DNA from: Octopus vulgaris | Taxonomy: Eukaryota | Direction: 5' to 3' | Assembly: GCA_951406725.2 (NCBI GenBank) | Contig: OX597822.1 | Coordinates: 34,286,001 to 34,350,000 of the forward strand | Length of the DNA: 64,000 nt | In this document: in pieces, positions 37,990-50,775 of the stretch | Layout: the number at the start of each line of letters is the position of its first letter | Position numbering within the stretch: the stretch's first letter is position 1 | Notes under the pieces: generated by a model | Told to the model about the DNA's origin: nothing | Database searches by the model: none | Seen by the model: the letters and a program-made list of their open reading frames with translations, nothing else | Program-made: the position numbers and the translations under genes

Positions 37990-39960
37990 TTTCCTGGCAA
38001 AATTTAAGATATTAATAGAGGCGTTAGCAAAGAGGATGGTACTTCTTGCCGGCTATCTGGTCGTGAAAGCGCAGGTCCACACAATCCTAGACAGATCTAT
38101 CCTCGACTACCACACCTCATGCGATACATCGTATAGGTGTTTAAAACCTGTTGCCATGGGCTTCTAATCAATTTGTATGAATGAAAAGCTATCGATACTG
38201 CTTACAATTGTTACTTGCTGTCCTCAAATCAACAAATTTCTGTTCAGTTTTCAAGGGCTGGATCGCTTCAATGTACTCCAGCATCTTTTCACCATCTTTT
38301 CAGCGGTCAAACTAAGTGGCCACCTATCGAAATAATTTTGAATCACACGATAAGTTAATAAAAAGTGTTCTTTTTCTTCTTCATTTACTCACTTTCGAGC
38401 CTCGCGCCTGCGGAAATTGGTGTTGTTGAGAGGAATCTGGTTCGAATTGGTACACAGGAGAGCCGTATTGGGATATGTAGGCAATGCGACCATAACAGTC
38501 GTGGATATAAAGGAAGTCAGAGAAGTTAACATCGTTCTTAAAGAATATATGCCAGGAGACAATATTAATTCGAACAAATCGAATAGATTGGTAACTTGGC
38601 GCCTGAAGAGGCAAGTCCAATCGCCGTACAGCATCGTAAGGTGAGTACCAATGAATTATCTCGGCTCTGAAAACTGAATTATTTGAATTCTTTTTCTCAA
38701 ATCAAAGACTAGCCAACTATCCCCCCCCCCCCCACCGCAAGTCAGTTCATAAAAGCCTGTTCATAAAGCTAACGAGTTTTTATTAGATTTCGCTCCATTA
38801 TGAAAAATAAATACAAAAAGTGAATTCTAAAGAAAATCATTTTCTTTTGGCTCGAATGCGACGTCGCTGGATATTAATACATTATCGAAGATATTGTTTT
38901 TATATTTTTATAATATATTGGATTAATATTTTTACTAGCGTAACAATTTTTAAAAAGGCAAGTAAATTTTATTTAATCGTTTTTCTCGAAAAAAATAGTA
39001 ACTTTATTTGAATTTTATTCGAACACTTGGTCCGTTTTTTATTCAACTTGATTCATAACAACAGCACGTGAGCAGCAAGTGAATAAAGCACGCCCCCGAC
39101 ACATGCGATCACTAAAATGAAAAAAAAAGATAAAACAAACATTTATTTCAGTGAACACAAAGCAAGAAGCAATAAACAAACTTGTTTTGCAGCCAGACAT
39201 ACATATTTCAAACACGAAAAAATATTATTAAGAAAGAATAATTTAAATGGTTCTGAATGCACATTCAGCGACAACAACTATAACAGCGGAAACCATAATA
39301 TCGAAACCTATGCAAAAACCAAAATCGCCGAACGAGAAATGCCTCCACAATGGAAGCTCTACAGTCACTTATACCAGTTCTACTCGAATTAAATCTAGCC
39401 GAAATGGAAGCATGAAAAATTTGCGCTTCTTAAGACTCCGAAACAGGAATACTTGAAGAATTCATTGAGGAGAGAGCAGGCGGTAACTGATTTCTTTTTA
39501 TCTCAGGAAAGACCAGTGGAACCTTTCCTCTACACTCAAACTATTCGTTAATAGAAGCTTTGGCAACTATCTAGGCTTGATTTTTTTTCTAGTATCTGAG
39601 CCATCGAACGGTATGATTGGCGGATTCAACAGCGTTGCCAGTCAGTCATATCAACGAATGCAGCTTCAATAGTGGCCGCGAAACAAGCTTCAGTCTCATT
39701 TCCAGAAGCGAACGTTTATGAGATCTCCCTAATAACAGAATTACTTATCTGCTTGTGAAGAATCGAATGAGGAAGGACAAAGATGGAGAACCTCCGAAGA
39801 AACAGTGAAGAAAAGAAGGCTCCAATAAGTGAACACAGTAAAGGAGAAAACAATCGAAATAAATGAGGTATTTCTTCTCCTAAAGATAATATGTTTGAGT
39901 TCTCAGCCACGAAGATGAAATACGATGATGTAATGAGAAGAATAAGAGGTGGGACAGAAC
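37990..39960 (+). pseudogene. Possible highly decayed DIRS-like retroelement
   Basis: Weak motifs in DIRS order: IYPRLPHLMRYIV / YRCLKPVAMGF (RT-like); VLGYVGNATITVV..VLKEYMPGDN (RNase H-like); then unassigned coding-like DNA. Confidence 0.3.
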
Positions 39961-40172
39961 TTCGAATGTTGGTTATCTAAGCTTTGTTCAAATATCCGAA
40001 TGGTAGATTACTAGCAAAATGCTCATTACTTTGCTAGGAATATACTTTAAAAATTTCAGTTTGAGTACGTGGCTCTTTCCTACGTTCGCACGGCCGTTTG
40101 GGTGCAGTGCAACGATTATGTCCTTCCGACATGCACACACACACACACACACAGACACACATGCACACACAC

Positions 40173-40273
<101 letters not shown>

Positions 40274-40370
40274 AAGGTATATATATATATGTATGTATAT
40301 ATGTATATATAAATGTATATATATATATATATATATATGTGTATGTATATATGTATATATAAATGTATAT

Positions 40371-40770
40371 AGACGCAGGAGTGGCTGTGTGGTAAGTAGC
40401 TTGCTACCCAACCACATGGTTCCGGGTTCAGTCCCACTGCGTGGCATCTTGGGCAAGTGTCTTTTGCTATAGTCCCGGGCCGACCAATGCCTTGTGAGTG
40501 GATTTGGTAGACGGAAACTGAAAGAAGCCTGTCGTATATATATATATATGTATGTGTGTGTGTGCCTGTGTTTGTCCCCCCTAACATCGCTTGACAACCG
40601 ATGCTGGTGTGTTTACGTCCCCGTCACTTAGCGGTTCAGCAAAAGAGACCGATAGAATAAGTACTGGGCTTACAAAGAATAAGTCCCGGGGTCGATTTGC
40701 TCGACTAAAGGCGGTGCTCCAGCATGGCCGCAGTCAAATGACTGAAACAAGTAAAAGAGTAAAAGAGAGT
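40371..40770 (+). mobile_element. SINE family B, full length
   Basis: tRNA-like head, CORE-like cttgggcaagt segment, internal microsatellite, (gtaaaaga)n tail. Confidence 0.9.
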
Positions 40771-40977
40771 ATGTATATATATATATATGTATATATATAA
40801 ATGTATATATATATGTATATATATAAATGTATATATATATGTATATATATATGTATATATATAAATGTATATATATATGTATATATATATGTATATATAT
40901 ATGTATATATATATATATGTATATATATATGTATATATATGTATATATATGTATATATATGTATATGTATATATCTG

Positions 40978-41017
<40 letters not shown>

Positions 41018-41501
41018 CCAGAGTATGCACATAAATGTGAAACAAGGTGAGAAGGGAAGAATAGTACTAGAATGCCTGAGGTAGAGTAATATTAATATCT
41101 GTGCGTGTGTGTATTGTGTTCTTAATTGGGTTCCTTTTGTTTTCTGTCCTTCAAATTCCTCTCATAGGTCTTTGTTCAAATCTAACTCGGAACCAGATGT
41201 TTGCGAAGCAAATGTGTTTACGACGCTTTTATGCATGTATCCAAGTTGAAAAGCTAATAAGATATATGAAACAAAATCTATTTACCCGCCGGAATGTTTA
41301 GAATGATTGAGAATTAGAGATATGGCTCGTCTCAAACAATGTACATACTGTGAACAACAATGGAAGGGAACAGTAACGATTCTATAAAGTCAATACAGAG
41401 TTGTCCTGATGTTATTATGAAAGTTATTTTTAGGTGTCTCTTTTTCTGAGAATTGATTTGCAACTGTATTGTTGCGATTGTAACAGAAAGTACATAAAAT
41501 A

Positions 41502-41888
41502 GGGAGGCGCAATGGCCCAGTGGTTAGGGCAGCGGACTTGCGGTCGTAGGATCGCGGTTTCGATTCCCAGACCGGGCGTTGTGAGTGTTTATTGAGCGAA
41601 AACACCTAAAGCTCCACGAGGCTCCGGCAGGGGATGGTGGTGATCCCTGCTGTACTCTTTCACCACAACTTTCTCTCACTCCACTCTTACTTCCTGTTTC
41701 TGTTGTACCTGTATTTCAAAGGGCCGGCCTTGTCACTCTCTGTGTCACGCTGAATATCCCCGAGAACTACGTTAAGGGCACACGTGTCTGTGGAGTGCTC
41801 AGTCACTTACACGTTAATTTCACGAGCAGGCTGTTCCGTTGATCGGATCAACCGGAACCCTCCTCGTCGTAACCGACGGAGTGCTTCA
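41502..41888 (+). mobile_element. SINE family C, long-tail subtype
   Basis: Nearly identical to 58497-58877 (-). Confidence 0.9.
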
Positions 41889-42191
41889 GACATAAAAGAG
41901 ACGAGATGATGAAAGAACAGAAACAGCAGCCAAATTTTCTCAAATCATGGCTGCCATATTTTTCCTAATTAATGAACGTAGAATCATATGGCATTCAAAG
42001 TATGAGCAAATGTTTCTCCTTATTAACACCCATGTATAATAAATCAATAATTTGGTATTCGCTACATTAAATATGACGGCACGAATTTGCTTGTTTTTGG
42101 TATAGATGCCGTACTTTGGAAATTTTCCTGATTCATTATGATACTTTTGACGCCTACCCCATTACATTATTGTACATATGTGCAGTAGTAA

Positions 42192-42600
42192 GGCGCAGAC
42201 ATGGCTGTGTGATTACAAAGATTGCTTGGCAACCACGTTGTTTTGGGTTTAGTCCCACTGTGCGGCATCATGGGCTAGTTTCTTCTGCTATTGCCCCGGC
42301 CTGAACTTGTGAGTGAATTTGGTTAACAGAAGCTGTGTAGAAGTTGTCATATATATGTATAAATATGTAAGTACGTGTAATTGTGTTTCTGCTTGTTCTA
42401 CCCACACACCACTTAATAACAAGTGTTGTTTGGTTTGCGACTCCGTTATTTAGCGGTTCACCCAAAGAGACTGATAGAATAACTAACATACTAAAAAAAA
42501 GTTAACACTAGGTTCAATTTCTTCGAATAAACTCTTCAAAGTATTGCCCCAGCATGGTCGCTGTATAATAACTGAAAAAGGTAAAAGTTAATAGAAAAGG
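42192..42600 (+). mobile_element. SINE family B, diverged
   Basis: ggcgcagacatggctgtgtg...ttagcggttc...cagcatggtcgc. Confidence 0.7.
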
Positions 42601-42619
42601 TAAAATATAATCCAGGTAT

Positions 42620-44560
42620 CACTAAAAGAATACATCGTCCTCTAAAATAGCTCCCAAGAAACGTTGTTCACATTCTTTAGATTCTTAGTGTATGTTCCAT
42701 TTAGTCTGCTGTCTATTACACTCCCAATTGTCCAGTGTTCAGACCCATTGATCAATATACTTTCTACAGCATATCTAAAACAAAAATTATATTTTCAAGC
42801 CAGTTGATTTGACTTCGCATAGCTAATATTTTATTCACTGCTAATCAAATCACTTCAATTCTTACTTTACAGTTTTTCTTTGAAATTTTTTTCCATATTG
42901 CTTGCTTGATATTTCAAGTCATTTACACATTTCAAGTTTGCACTTTTTTATGATAAAACTCAGTCTTTGGATATGAAGTCTAATTGTATTGAACAAGTTG
43001 TTTGAGTTTTCTTGATAGTATTTGAAGTAAGAACAATATGATATGTATAATCTGTATCATCAATTAATCGTTTTATACTGACATATTTTTTAGGAACTAT
43101 TTAGAAACTTATTTTTCTCTGCATTTGATATTGCAATGTGTAATGAAAAGTCCAAGGCTGTAATGAACAGGAAAGGTACAAGAGTGTCACCCTGAAGGCG
43201 GCGAGCTGGCAGAATAGTTTGCACGCCGGGTGAAATGCTTAGCAGTATTTCATCTGCCGTTACGTTCTGAGTTCAAATTCCGCCGAGGTCGACTTTGCCT
43301 TTCATCCTTTCGGGGTCGATAAATTAAGTACCAGTTACGCACTGGGGTCGATATAATCGACTTAATCCGTTTGTCTGTCCTTTTTCTCCTTTCTGTGTTT
43401 AGCCCCTTGTGGGTAGTAAAGAAATAAGTGTCACCCTGTAGTACCCCCAGCGAGTCTCAAAGGAATCTGTATCACTATCAGGTGATAAAATCTGAGTGTA
43501 AAGTATGTAGTTGGCTGCATTTATGATATCACATGCCTTGAGAATCTGCATTAGTTTGATTCGCTAGATTGCATCGAATATTTTGCTAAAATCTACAAGT
43601 AACATAACAATTTTTTTGCTCTGACTCCAAATACCTTTAATAAGTCTTCGTTTGGCAAGAATTTGTGATAAACTTGGTCTTCTTGAGCAAAAGATATGTT
43701 AGTTGAATATTAGTATTAGATCTTCCACATGGGTGTGTATTCTTAAAAGCAACACTTTGCTGTAGATTGTAGTTACAATAATCGATGACCGCATTCTTTG
43801 GGATTGGTACAAAACCATTTTTAACCCAAATATCAGCTTTGTGCTGGTGTAAGGTTTTGTTACACACACCAAGTAATGGCGCCAAGCGCGTGCTTGTTTT
43901 CCTTGCTTTCACTTGTACACGGTTAAGATGAGATGCTTTGCCTTTTAAAAATAAGTTGACACAGTTCTTTAGTTCTCCTTTGAGAAAGTAAATTGCATTT
44001 GCAGGTAAGGTTTCTTTCATTGACAATAGTGTTAGGTTTGTCTGTGATATTTGGTGACAGACCAAATAAGTTAGAGAAGTACTCTTTACATTTATTTAAT
44101 TCTATCTTTAACATTGTTTGCATTTATCATTTCTTTTATCGGTTTTCTTTCTCCCTGTTATTTCATTCACAGTTAACGATGTGAGAAGTCGTTGGTTTTC
44201 TTCAACAATTTAGATTGCAAGTATTTCTATTTTATCACGAACAGAATCTTCACATTCTTGTTATTGCTTTCATCTAAGTGTTGTCCTACCTTCCCATGTT
44301 TGTTAGTTCTTGTACGTTTACACATTTTATATGTCGCTTTATACGCTCCCTTCAATTCTTCTCTTTTCCTAATTATATCCTTGCTTTCTAACAGAATGCT
44401 GTCGTTTCTGTTTTTCTTTCTACTTCTGAAATATTTACTCACGCTGCATTTTGAATTTGTATTTATGATGTTATTGTAAATGGAGTTGGCGTTTTTGGCA
44501 ATATCTAATATTTGCAATGTTTCGAAGCGATTCTCGGCACCAACCGTATATGAATTTATC
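42620..44560 (-). mobile_element. Decayed RTE-like LINE ORF
   Basis: GVLQGDTLVPFLF once the SINE at 43195 is removed; VDFSKIFDAI and VPIPK motifs; many stops. Confidence 0.7.
43195..43426 (+). mobile_element. SINE family A monomer inserted in the LINE RT
   Basis: 12-bp TSD agtgtcaccctg (43183-43194, 43427-43438). Confidence 0.92.
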
Positions 44561-44620
44561 ATAAGTGCATGTGTAGTATGGTTTCTCCAGTCATAACATA
44601 CAATGATGATGATGATGATG

Positions 44621-44651
<31 letters not shown>

Positions 44652-44653
<2 letters not shown>

Positions 44654-45112
44654 GCTCCCATGGCTTCTGATCTTAACTGATTGGAAGCGTTATCATGTAC
44701 AAGTTTAGTCTTGGTATAAAAAGATGGGCTACAGCAAATATTCAGCTCAATACCACAGATTTGCTTGTTAGTTGTTTGACCGTAACTAGTTGAGCATGTC
44801 CCTTAGTGGTTGAAAATATGCGCATCTCAGATCATGAGTAAGGGTAGTGGTGGGTATCATAGTCATGTGTTGAGAGGAATAATTCATCCCTGGAAAGAGA
44901 CATGGGTGTTTCATTCCTCATCCTTAAACAACTCTTATTCAAGGACCTTTGGAGCGGGATGGGCTTCTCAATGTGAAGAAAATGCCGCGCATATGTGGTT
45001 GTGATGCATGTACTGTGTACTCTTATCAGACAGGCAGTCATGATGGGTACATTGGGTTTCGTATATTTGTACCCTAGTGTTATTTTGACGGCATGCGTTG
45101 GTCGCTTAACCA
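44652..45112 (+). mobile_element. Non-coding repeat embedded in (TAA)n
   Basis: Reverse-complement homolog at 52717-53235; both are flanked by (TAA)n. Confidence 0.75.
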
Positions 45113-45315
45113 ATAATAATAATAATAATACATACATACATACATATGTACATATATATATATATTTATATGTATGTATAAGAAAATAGTAAAGTGTGAA
45201 AAAACGACAGAAGGCTTAAATGTTAAAAAATATATATATTTGTGTCAAAATGTCTGGAGAATATTGGAAAAATTTTTTTCCCTTTCCTTAAAATGACATA
45301 ATTTAAAAATTTTTA

Positions 45316-45355
45316 AAGAAATTACCGGTTTCGCGTGTAGCTTTTCAAATTTCTT
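45316..45355 (-). ncRNA. Minimal type I hammerhead ribozyme, U3-A8 variant
   Basis: aagaaau-UUGAAAA-gc(uacac)gc-GAAA-ccgg-UA-auuucuu: 7-bp stem I, palindromic ACCGGU stem III. Confidence 0.8.
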
Positions 45356-45491
45356 GTGACGTTATGTTTATATTGCATGGAATTATCGTTTTTTTATTTC
45401 CAGGAGATTTCTAAATAAGGGGAGGTAGTGAGTGATTTTTTCCGGTGTAGGGGAGATAATCGCTTAAAATTTTTTTTTTCCCTTTTCCTTG

Positions 45492-46563
45492 TTAATTTCT
45501 CTGTGTCAGTATGTTCGGATGGTTGAGTCTGGGTTTGTACTTTTCAATGAAGAATGTTTCCTTGTTCAGTCTCATTTGTGTTGATGATCCGAAAGCACAT
45601 TGGTAAAATGGGAAGATTAAAAATTGTGGCAGTAGTTGCTTTGCGCATTTCTCAATGTGCTCACTAAAAGGTATCATTCTATATTCTGGGAATGCAATCT
45701 GTTGTCGATGCAGTGTGCATCTGCGCCTGAGTGATAGTCCCGTGGAACCCACGTAGTCTTGGTGGCAGCTCGAGCATTTAATAACATAAATTATGTTTTC
45801 AGAGGCACAAGTAAAGTTAGATTTGATCTTAAATTTCTGTCCCTCTTTAAAGAAGAATTCTGATCCTTCCAATAGGTTAGGACATGTTGCACAGTTCGAT
45901 CTACCACATTTTTTTACTTTTGCATCCGTAATTTTAGAAGACAATTTTGCCTTTGTGAGAATCTTTTTAAGTGATTTAGGCCGTTTGTAGCTTTTAATGA
46001 TTTGGTGTATGTTTAGAATTTCCTTTAATTTTGGGTTTTTATGAAGTATTGGTAAATTCTGGGTGATGATGGTGAAGGCTTCTTTGTTTCTGGGGTTGTA
46101 TGTAGATATGTAAGGTAGTATTTTCGGGGAAGGTGTGTTGTTGTGTTGAACTTTTCTTAAAGTTTCTATGTTGATTTCTGTTGCACGTCTGATCCCATCC
46201 TCTATGAGTTGAGCTGGGTAATGTCTGTCAATTAGGGTGTTTTTGAGTTCTTGCAGTCTAAAGTTCCTGGTATTTTGTTCTGACACTATTGTGCATATCC
46301 TTCTTGCAAGGTTGAAGGGGATGTTTGTTTTAGTGTGTCTTGGGTGGCATGAATTGAAAAGAAGGTATTGTTTGGCGTCTGTGGCTTTGTAAAAAATGTC
46401 TGTTTCTATTTTAAGGTTAATTTTTTTAATTAGTATATCCAAGAACGGGAGCTCCTTTTGGTTGTATTCCATTGTGAACTGTATATTTGGGTTTATGCTG
46501 TTCAATAGGTTTTTAAATTTTAGGAGTTTATCTATGTTTTCATTCCAGAGAATGAAACAATCG
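45492..46563 (-). CDS. Truncated PLE RT (from the catalytic DD) + thumb + CxxxxCxxC + GIY-YIG
   Basis: DCFILW, IQFTME, LPFLD, SCHP, CGRSNCATC, IIYVIKCSSC..YVGST...R...H; open frame, 5' end missing. Confidence 0.88.
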
Positions 46564-46853
46564 CTGCTGAAAGGAAGACTAATCGTCATCCTCATAATAC
46601 CATAGCTTCACTGAAGGCCACCATTGTCCGGGTGATGTCCGAAACGAATAAGAACCATAATGTCAGCATGCCAGCGGTTTTGGTCCCGCATTGTAGCAGC
46701 CATTGAAGCCGAAGGAGGTTTCAAAGTATTATTTGCTTAACAAATCATTATCAAGACTAATTGCTCAAATATTTACTCAAACACATATTTATTTATGCTG
46801 AAATATAGTTGTTTTATTGTATACCAAAACTGTCCTTAAATACCCCTCGCACC

Positions 46854-46858
<5 letters not shown>
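46564..46858 (+). mobile_element. Tc1/mariner-superfamily 3' remnant
   Basis: ERKTNRHPHNTIASLKATIVRVM..ACQRFWSRIVAAIEAEGGF; ends caccctg-TA. Confidence 0.75.
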
Positions 46859-46906
<48 letters not shown>

Positions 46907-47106
46907 AAAAAAGCAACAAGAATGGATTAAAATGTATATATATATATATATATAGGTAACCTTACATCTTTAATAAGCTACAAAAAATGCAGTAAATACA
47001 GATGGCTCGTACTCGTCAGCCGAAAAAACATCAGAGAATTCCCAAACATCGAAAGGGGTAGATACAAAAGAGGGTGTAAGATTAACTGCATTGAAGAAAG
47101 TTCGAT

Positions 47107-47550
47107 TCCTGGAGATCCGATGAAAGGTCTTAAACTTACAGAATTTGTGCATGTCTATATATAGCTCATATTGAATTGCTAATCAGGTTATATGAAGAAA
47201 TTTCGGATATAGTCATGCGAAATTTCTGAAAATCCGAGTAAGAAGCAATGTGATTGTCATATCGTGTAGAGGAAAATCTGAGTAAGAAGCAAAGTGACTG
47301 TCTTATCGTGTAGAGGAACAAATTGTTATTGAAATTTACAAGAACCGCAGATAAGTTCAATTCTTGGAGATCCGATAAAAAGTCTTGAACTTACAGAATA
47401 TGTGCATGTCCCTATAGTTCATAATCCAGTTATGTGAAGAAATTTTGGGTACAATCATGCGAAAATATCAGGGAGTCCGAGTGAGAAGCAAAATGACAGT
47501 CTTATTCTGTAGAGGGGCAGATTGTTATTGAAATTTACAAGAATCACAGA
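47107..47550. repeat. Diverged internal tandem duplication (about 190-245 bp units) in the pLTR
   Basis: ggagatccgat...gaaatttacaagaa occurs twice; mirrored at about 49020-49465. Confidence 0.8.
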
Positions 47551-48190
47551 GGAGGAGGAAGGAAGTAGAATTTAATCAGTTACTGCTATTAATGCTATCA
47601 AAGAGAAGGGAACGGGAAGCTAAGGGGATGGACACAAGTTGATACTATAAGAAAATCTAAGCTATTTTGGTGCAAAATTCGAACTGAGGTCAACAATTTA
47701 TTTCTTTATTTATAAATGTTACTATTAATAGATTGTAAGGTTACAATGAGAGGTCATTAGAAAGGAAAGAAAAAAGGGGTTGTTTTTTAATGAAACCAAA
47801 CAATTATATTATTATTATACTATATTATATTATATTATATTATATTATAATACATTACAATAGATTTGGGATTAGCAGAATTAATTATTAGTGTAAAAGA
47901 AACTAAGAGAATTTAACTAACTAATTTTTTATAGGTGGGTTAAAGTGAAATAGACTAAGAAATGGAGATAAAAATAGAGCAAAATTTAAATTATTTATAT
48001 AGTCTAATAGAAATAAATCGAATAACTTAAATCAATAAGTATTAAATAGTACAGTTAGAGAGACAATATAATCATAGCTAGTTAGATCGTATCTGTCTAG
48101 TTAAATATATAATGTACTATGTAGGAGTAATGTATAAATCAAAGTGATTTTATACAATGTGATTTTAATATACAGTTGTCAATTAAAATA

Positions 48191-48985
48191 TCATTTAAAA
48201 TATTTAAGAGTCTTAGTTCGAGCGTGTACACAAGATTTTCCTAGTTCAATTCTGCTGTTTAATGAAATTTCTCTATTTTTTCTATACATTAGTATTTCAA
48301 ATGTTTCCATGGAGCAAAGTTGACAACCTACTCTGCTATTTCTATAGGGTATTGCTCTTCTGACTAATTCCCAATCAAGGTTATATTTGATATTATTGTT
48401 TTTTAGTTCCCAAATTTTACTAGAAAGAGTAGTGCTATCAGCTTTATGACGTAATTTGAAGGAGAAAAGATGGTTATTTAATCTCTTTTTAAAATTTACA
48501 GTACATCCAAGATAAGTGAATTTATTATTATCTGTGGTTATGGAGCATTTGTAGATTATATTATTTAACCCGCATAAACCAGGTGCCGGGCATTTTGATT
48601 TAATTCTGCAGTTACATCTAGGGGAATTATAATTAGAAGTAGAATAACTTGAGGATAGAAGTCTCATACTACTGTTGCTCGAAGCAGTGCGGGTAAATTT
48701 ATCATGATTTTGGTTATTATTATTATCTAAAGTAGTATTATCATTTATTGGTATTCTTACATTTTCATTTGGTTCTAAAGCCCTACTTTCATTATTAATA
48801 TTATTGGTGCTGTTATCATCTAAAAAAATGTTATCATTATTGTAGTTAATGTTATCACCCAAAGTAGTATTATCATTTGTCGGTATTCCTACACTATCAT
48901 TTGGTTCTATAACCCTACTATCATTATTGATATTGTTGATGCTGTTAGTATTGTTGTCAGTATTGTTTTCCAATACCGACAACAA
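48191..48985 (-). CDS. PLE C-terminal fragment: Asn-rich repeats + Cys-rich linker + GIY-YIG
   Basis: CNCR....CP...LC, IIYKC...YLGCT..FKKR..NH, CQLC...E, LNSR.E....CVH. No RT left. Confidence 0.88.
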   Translation of the reverse strand: MLSVLENNTDNNTNSINNINNDSRVIEPNDSVGIPTNDNTTLGDNINYNNDNIFLDDNSTNNINNESRALEPNENVRIPINDNTTLDNNNNQNHDKFTRTASSNSSMRLLSSSYSTSNYNSPRCNCRIKSKCPAPGLCGLNNIIYKCSITTDNNKFTYLGCTVNFKKRLNNHLFSFKLRHKADSTTLSSKIWELKNNNIKYNLDWELVRRAIPYRNSRVGCQLCSMETFEILMYRKNREISLNSRIELGKSCVHARTKTLKYFK

Positions 48986-49545
48986 TTACTGATTAAATTC
49001 TACTTCCTTCCTCCTCCCTCTGTGATTCTTGTAAATTTCAATAACAATCTGCCCCTCTACAGAATAAGACTGTCATTTTGCTTCTCACTCGGATTCCCTG
49101 ATATTTTCGCATGATTGTACCCAAAATTTCTTCACATAACTGGATTATGAACTATAGGGACATGCACATATTCTGTAAGTTCAAGACTTTTTATCGGATC
49201 TCCAAGAATTGAACTTATCTGCGGTTCTTGTAAATTTCAATAACAATTTGTTCCTCTACACGATAAGATAGTCACTTTGCTTCTTACTCAGATTTTCCTC
49301 TACACGATATGACAATCACATTGCTTCTTACTCGGATTTTCAGAAATTTCGCATGACTATATCCGAAATTTCTTCATATAACCTGATTAGCAATTCAATA
49401 TGAGCTATATATAGACATGCACAAATTCTGTAAGTTTAAGACCTTTCATCGGATCTCCAGGAATCGAACTTTCTTCAATGCAGTTAATCTTACACCCTCT
49501 TTTGTATCTACCCCTTTCGATGTTTGGGAATTCTCTGATGTTTTT

Positions 49546-49629
49546 TCGGCTGACGAGTACGAGCCATCTGTATTTACTGCATTTTTTGTAGCTTATTAAA
49601 GATGTCCTCGTACGAAACAATTGTACCGA
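49546..49629 (+). ncRNA. Type I hammerhead ribozyme with extended stem II
   Basis: ucgg-CUGACGA-guacgag[43 nt]cucguac-GAAA-caauug-UA-ccga; canonical core, palindromic ACAAUUGU; predicted cut after 49625. Confidence 0.85.
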
Positions 49630-49779
49630 GATTTTAATCCATTCTTGTTGCTTTTTTCCTATTTGTAATCACCCCACTTGTCGTATGGTTAACACCATAT
49701 AGATTTCCGGTGCATCCTGGTTAAGGACCATATTCATGTGAATTCATTAGAATTCACTTGAATCTCAATTACTTAAACC

Positions 49780-49880
<101 letters not shown>

Positions 49881-50044
49881 TGTAAGTGTGTGTAAGTGTA
49901 TATTTTTATATATACACATGCATATATATGCATATTTATGTATGTATAGGTACGCACACTTACATATTTACAACAAGAGGGTGAAGTGACTTTAAAATTT
50001 CGGCTGAGTGCTGAATTGGTTTTAGTGTAACTCGACATAAAAAC

Positions 50045-50240
50045 AAGCATGGCTGCGTGGTAAGAAGTTTGCTTCCCAACCACATGGTTTCAGGTTCAGT
50101 CCTATTGCGTGGTACCATGGGTAACTATCTTATACTGTAGCTCCGGGTCGTGTGAGTCGATTTGGGTGATGGAATCTGAAAGAAGACCGGCGTATGCATG
50201 TATGCATTATGTATGTCACTATCTGTCTGTCTGTCTGTCA

Positions 50241-50312
<72 letters not shown>

Positions 50313-50344
50313 CCCTATCTATCTAACTGCCTATCTACCTATCC

Positions 50345-50440
<96 letters not shown>

Positions 50441-50680
50441 GTCTATCTCTGTCTATGCATGTGTCTTTGTGTTTGTGTTTGTCCTCAACCATTGCTTGAC
50501 AACCAAATGTTGGTTTGCTTACGTCCCCGTAACATTACCGGTTCGGCAAAAAGAGACAGATAGAAAAAGCACATGGATTAAAAATAACTACTGGGGTTGA
50601 TTTGTTCGGCTAAACCCTTCAAGATTGTGCAACAACATGGCCACAGTCGAATGACCAATACAAGTCAACGACATAAAATA
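50045..50680 (+). mobile_element. SINE family B, diverged, internal (TATC)n
   Basis: Head and tail motifs of family B. Confidence 0.7.
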
Positions 50681-50694
50681 TATGATATACTTAT

Positions 50695-50775
50695 ATGTGT
50701 ATATAAACGAAATACTTATATATACTTGTGTATATAAACGATATACTTGTGTATATAAACGATATACTTATATAT
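50695..50775. repeat. Short minisatellite, about 20-bp unit tatataaacgatatacttgtg
   Basis: Three to four visible copies. Confidence 0.75.

Larger units (their letters stand above)
45175..46563 (-). mobile_element. 5'-truncated PLE (Neptune-like)
   Basis: ORF with RT end and GIY-YIG; hammerhead in the 3' UTR; ends at a TA-rich tract. Confidence 0.88.

Noticed and set aside
38205-38604. Minus-strand exon pair whose TAG/TGA stops might be recoded to Trp by A-to-I editing
   Set aside because: No recognisable homology and two stops would need editing; decay of a plus-strand retroelement is simpler.
41502-41580. tRNA genes (also at 5057, 14025, 58800)
   Set aside because: tRNA-like heads run directly into SINE bodies, several with TSDs.
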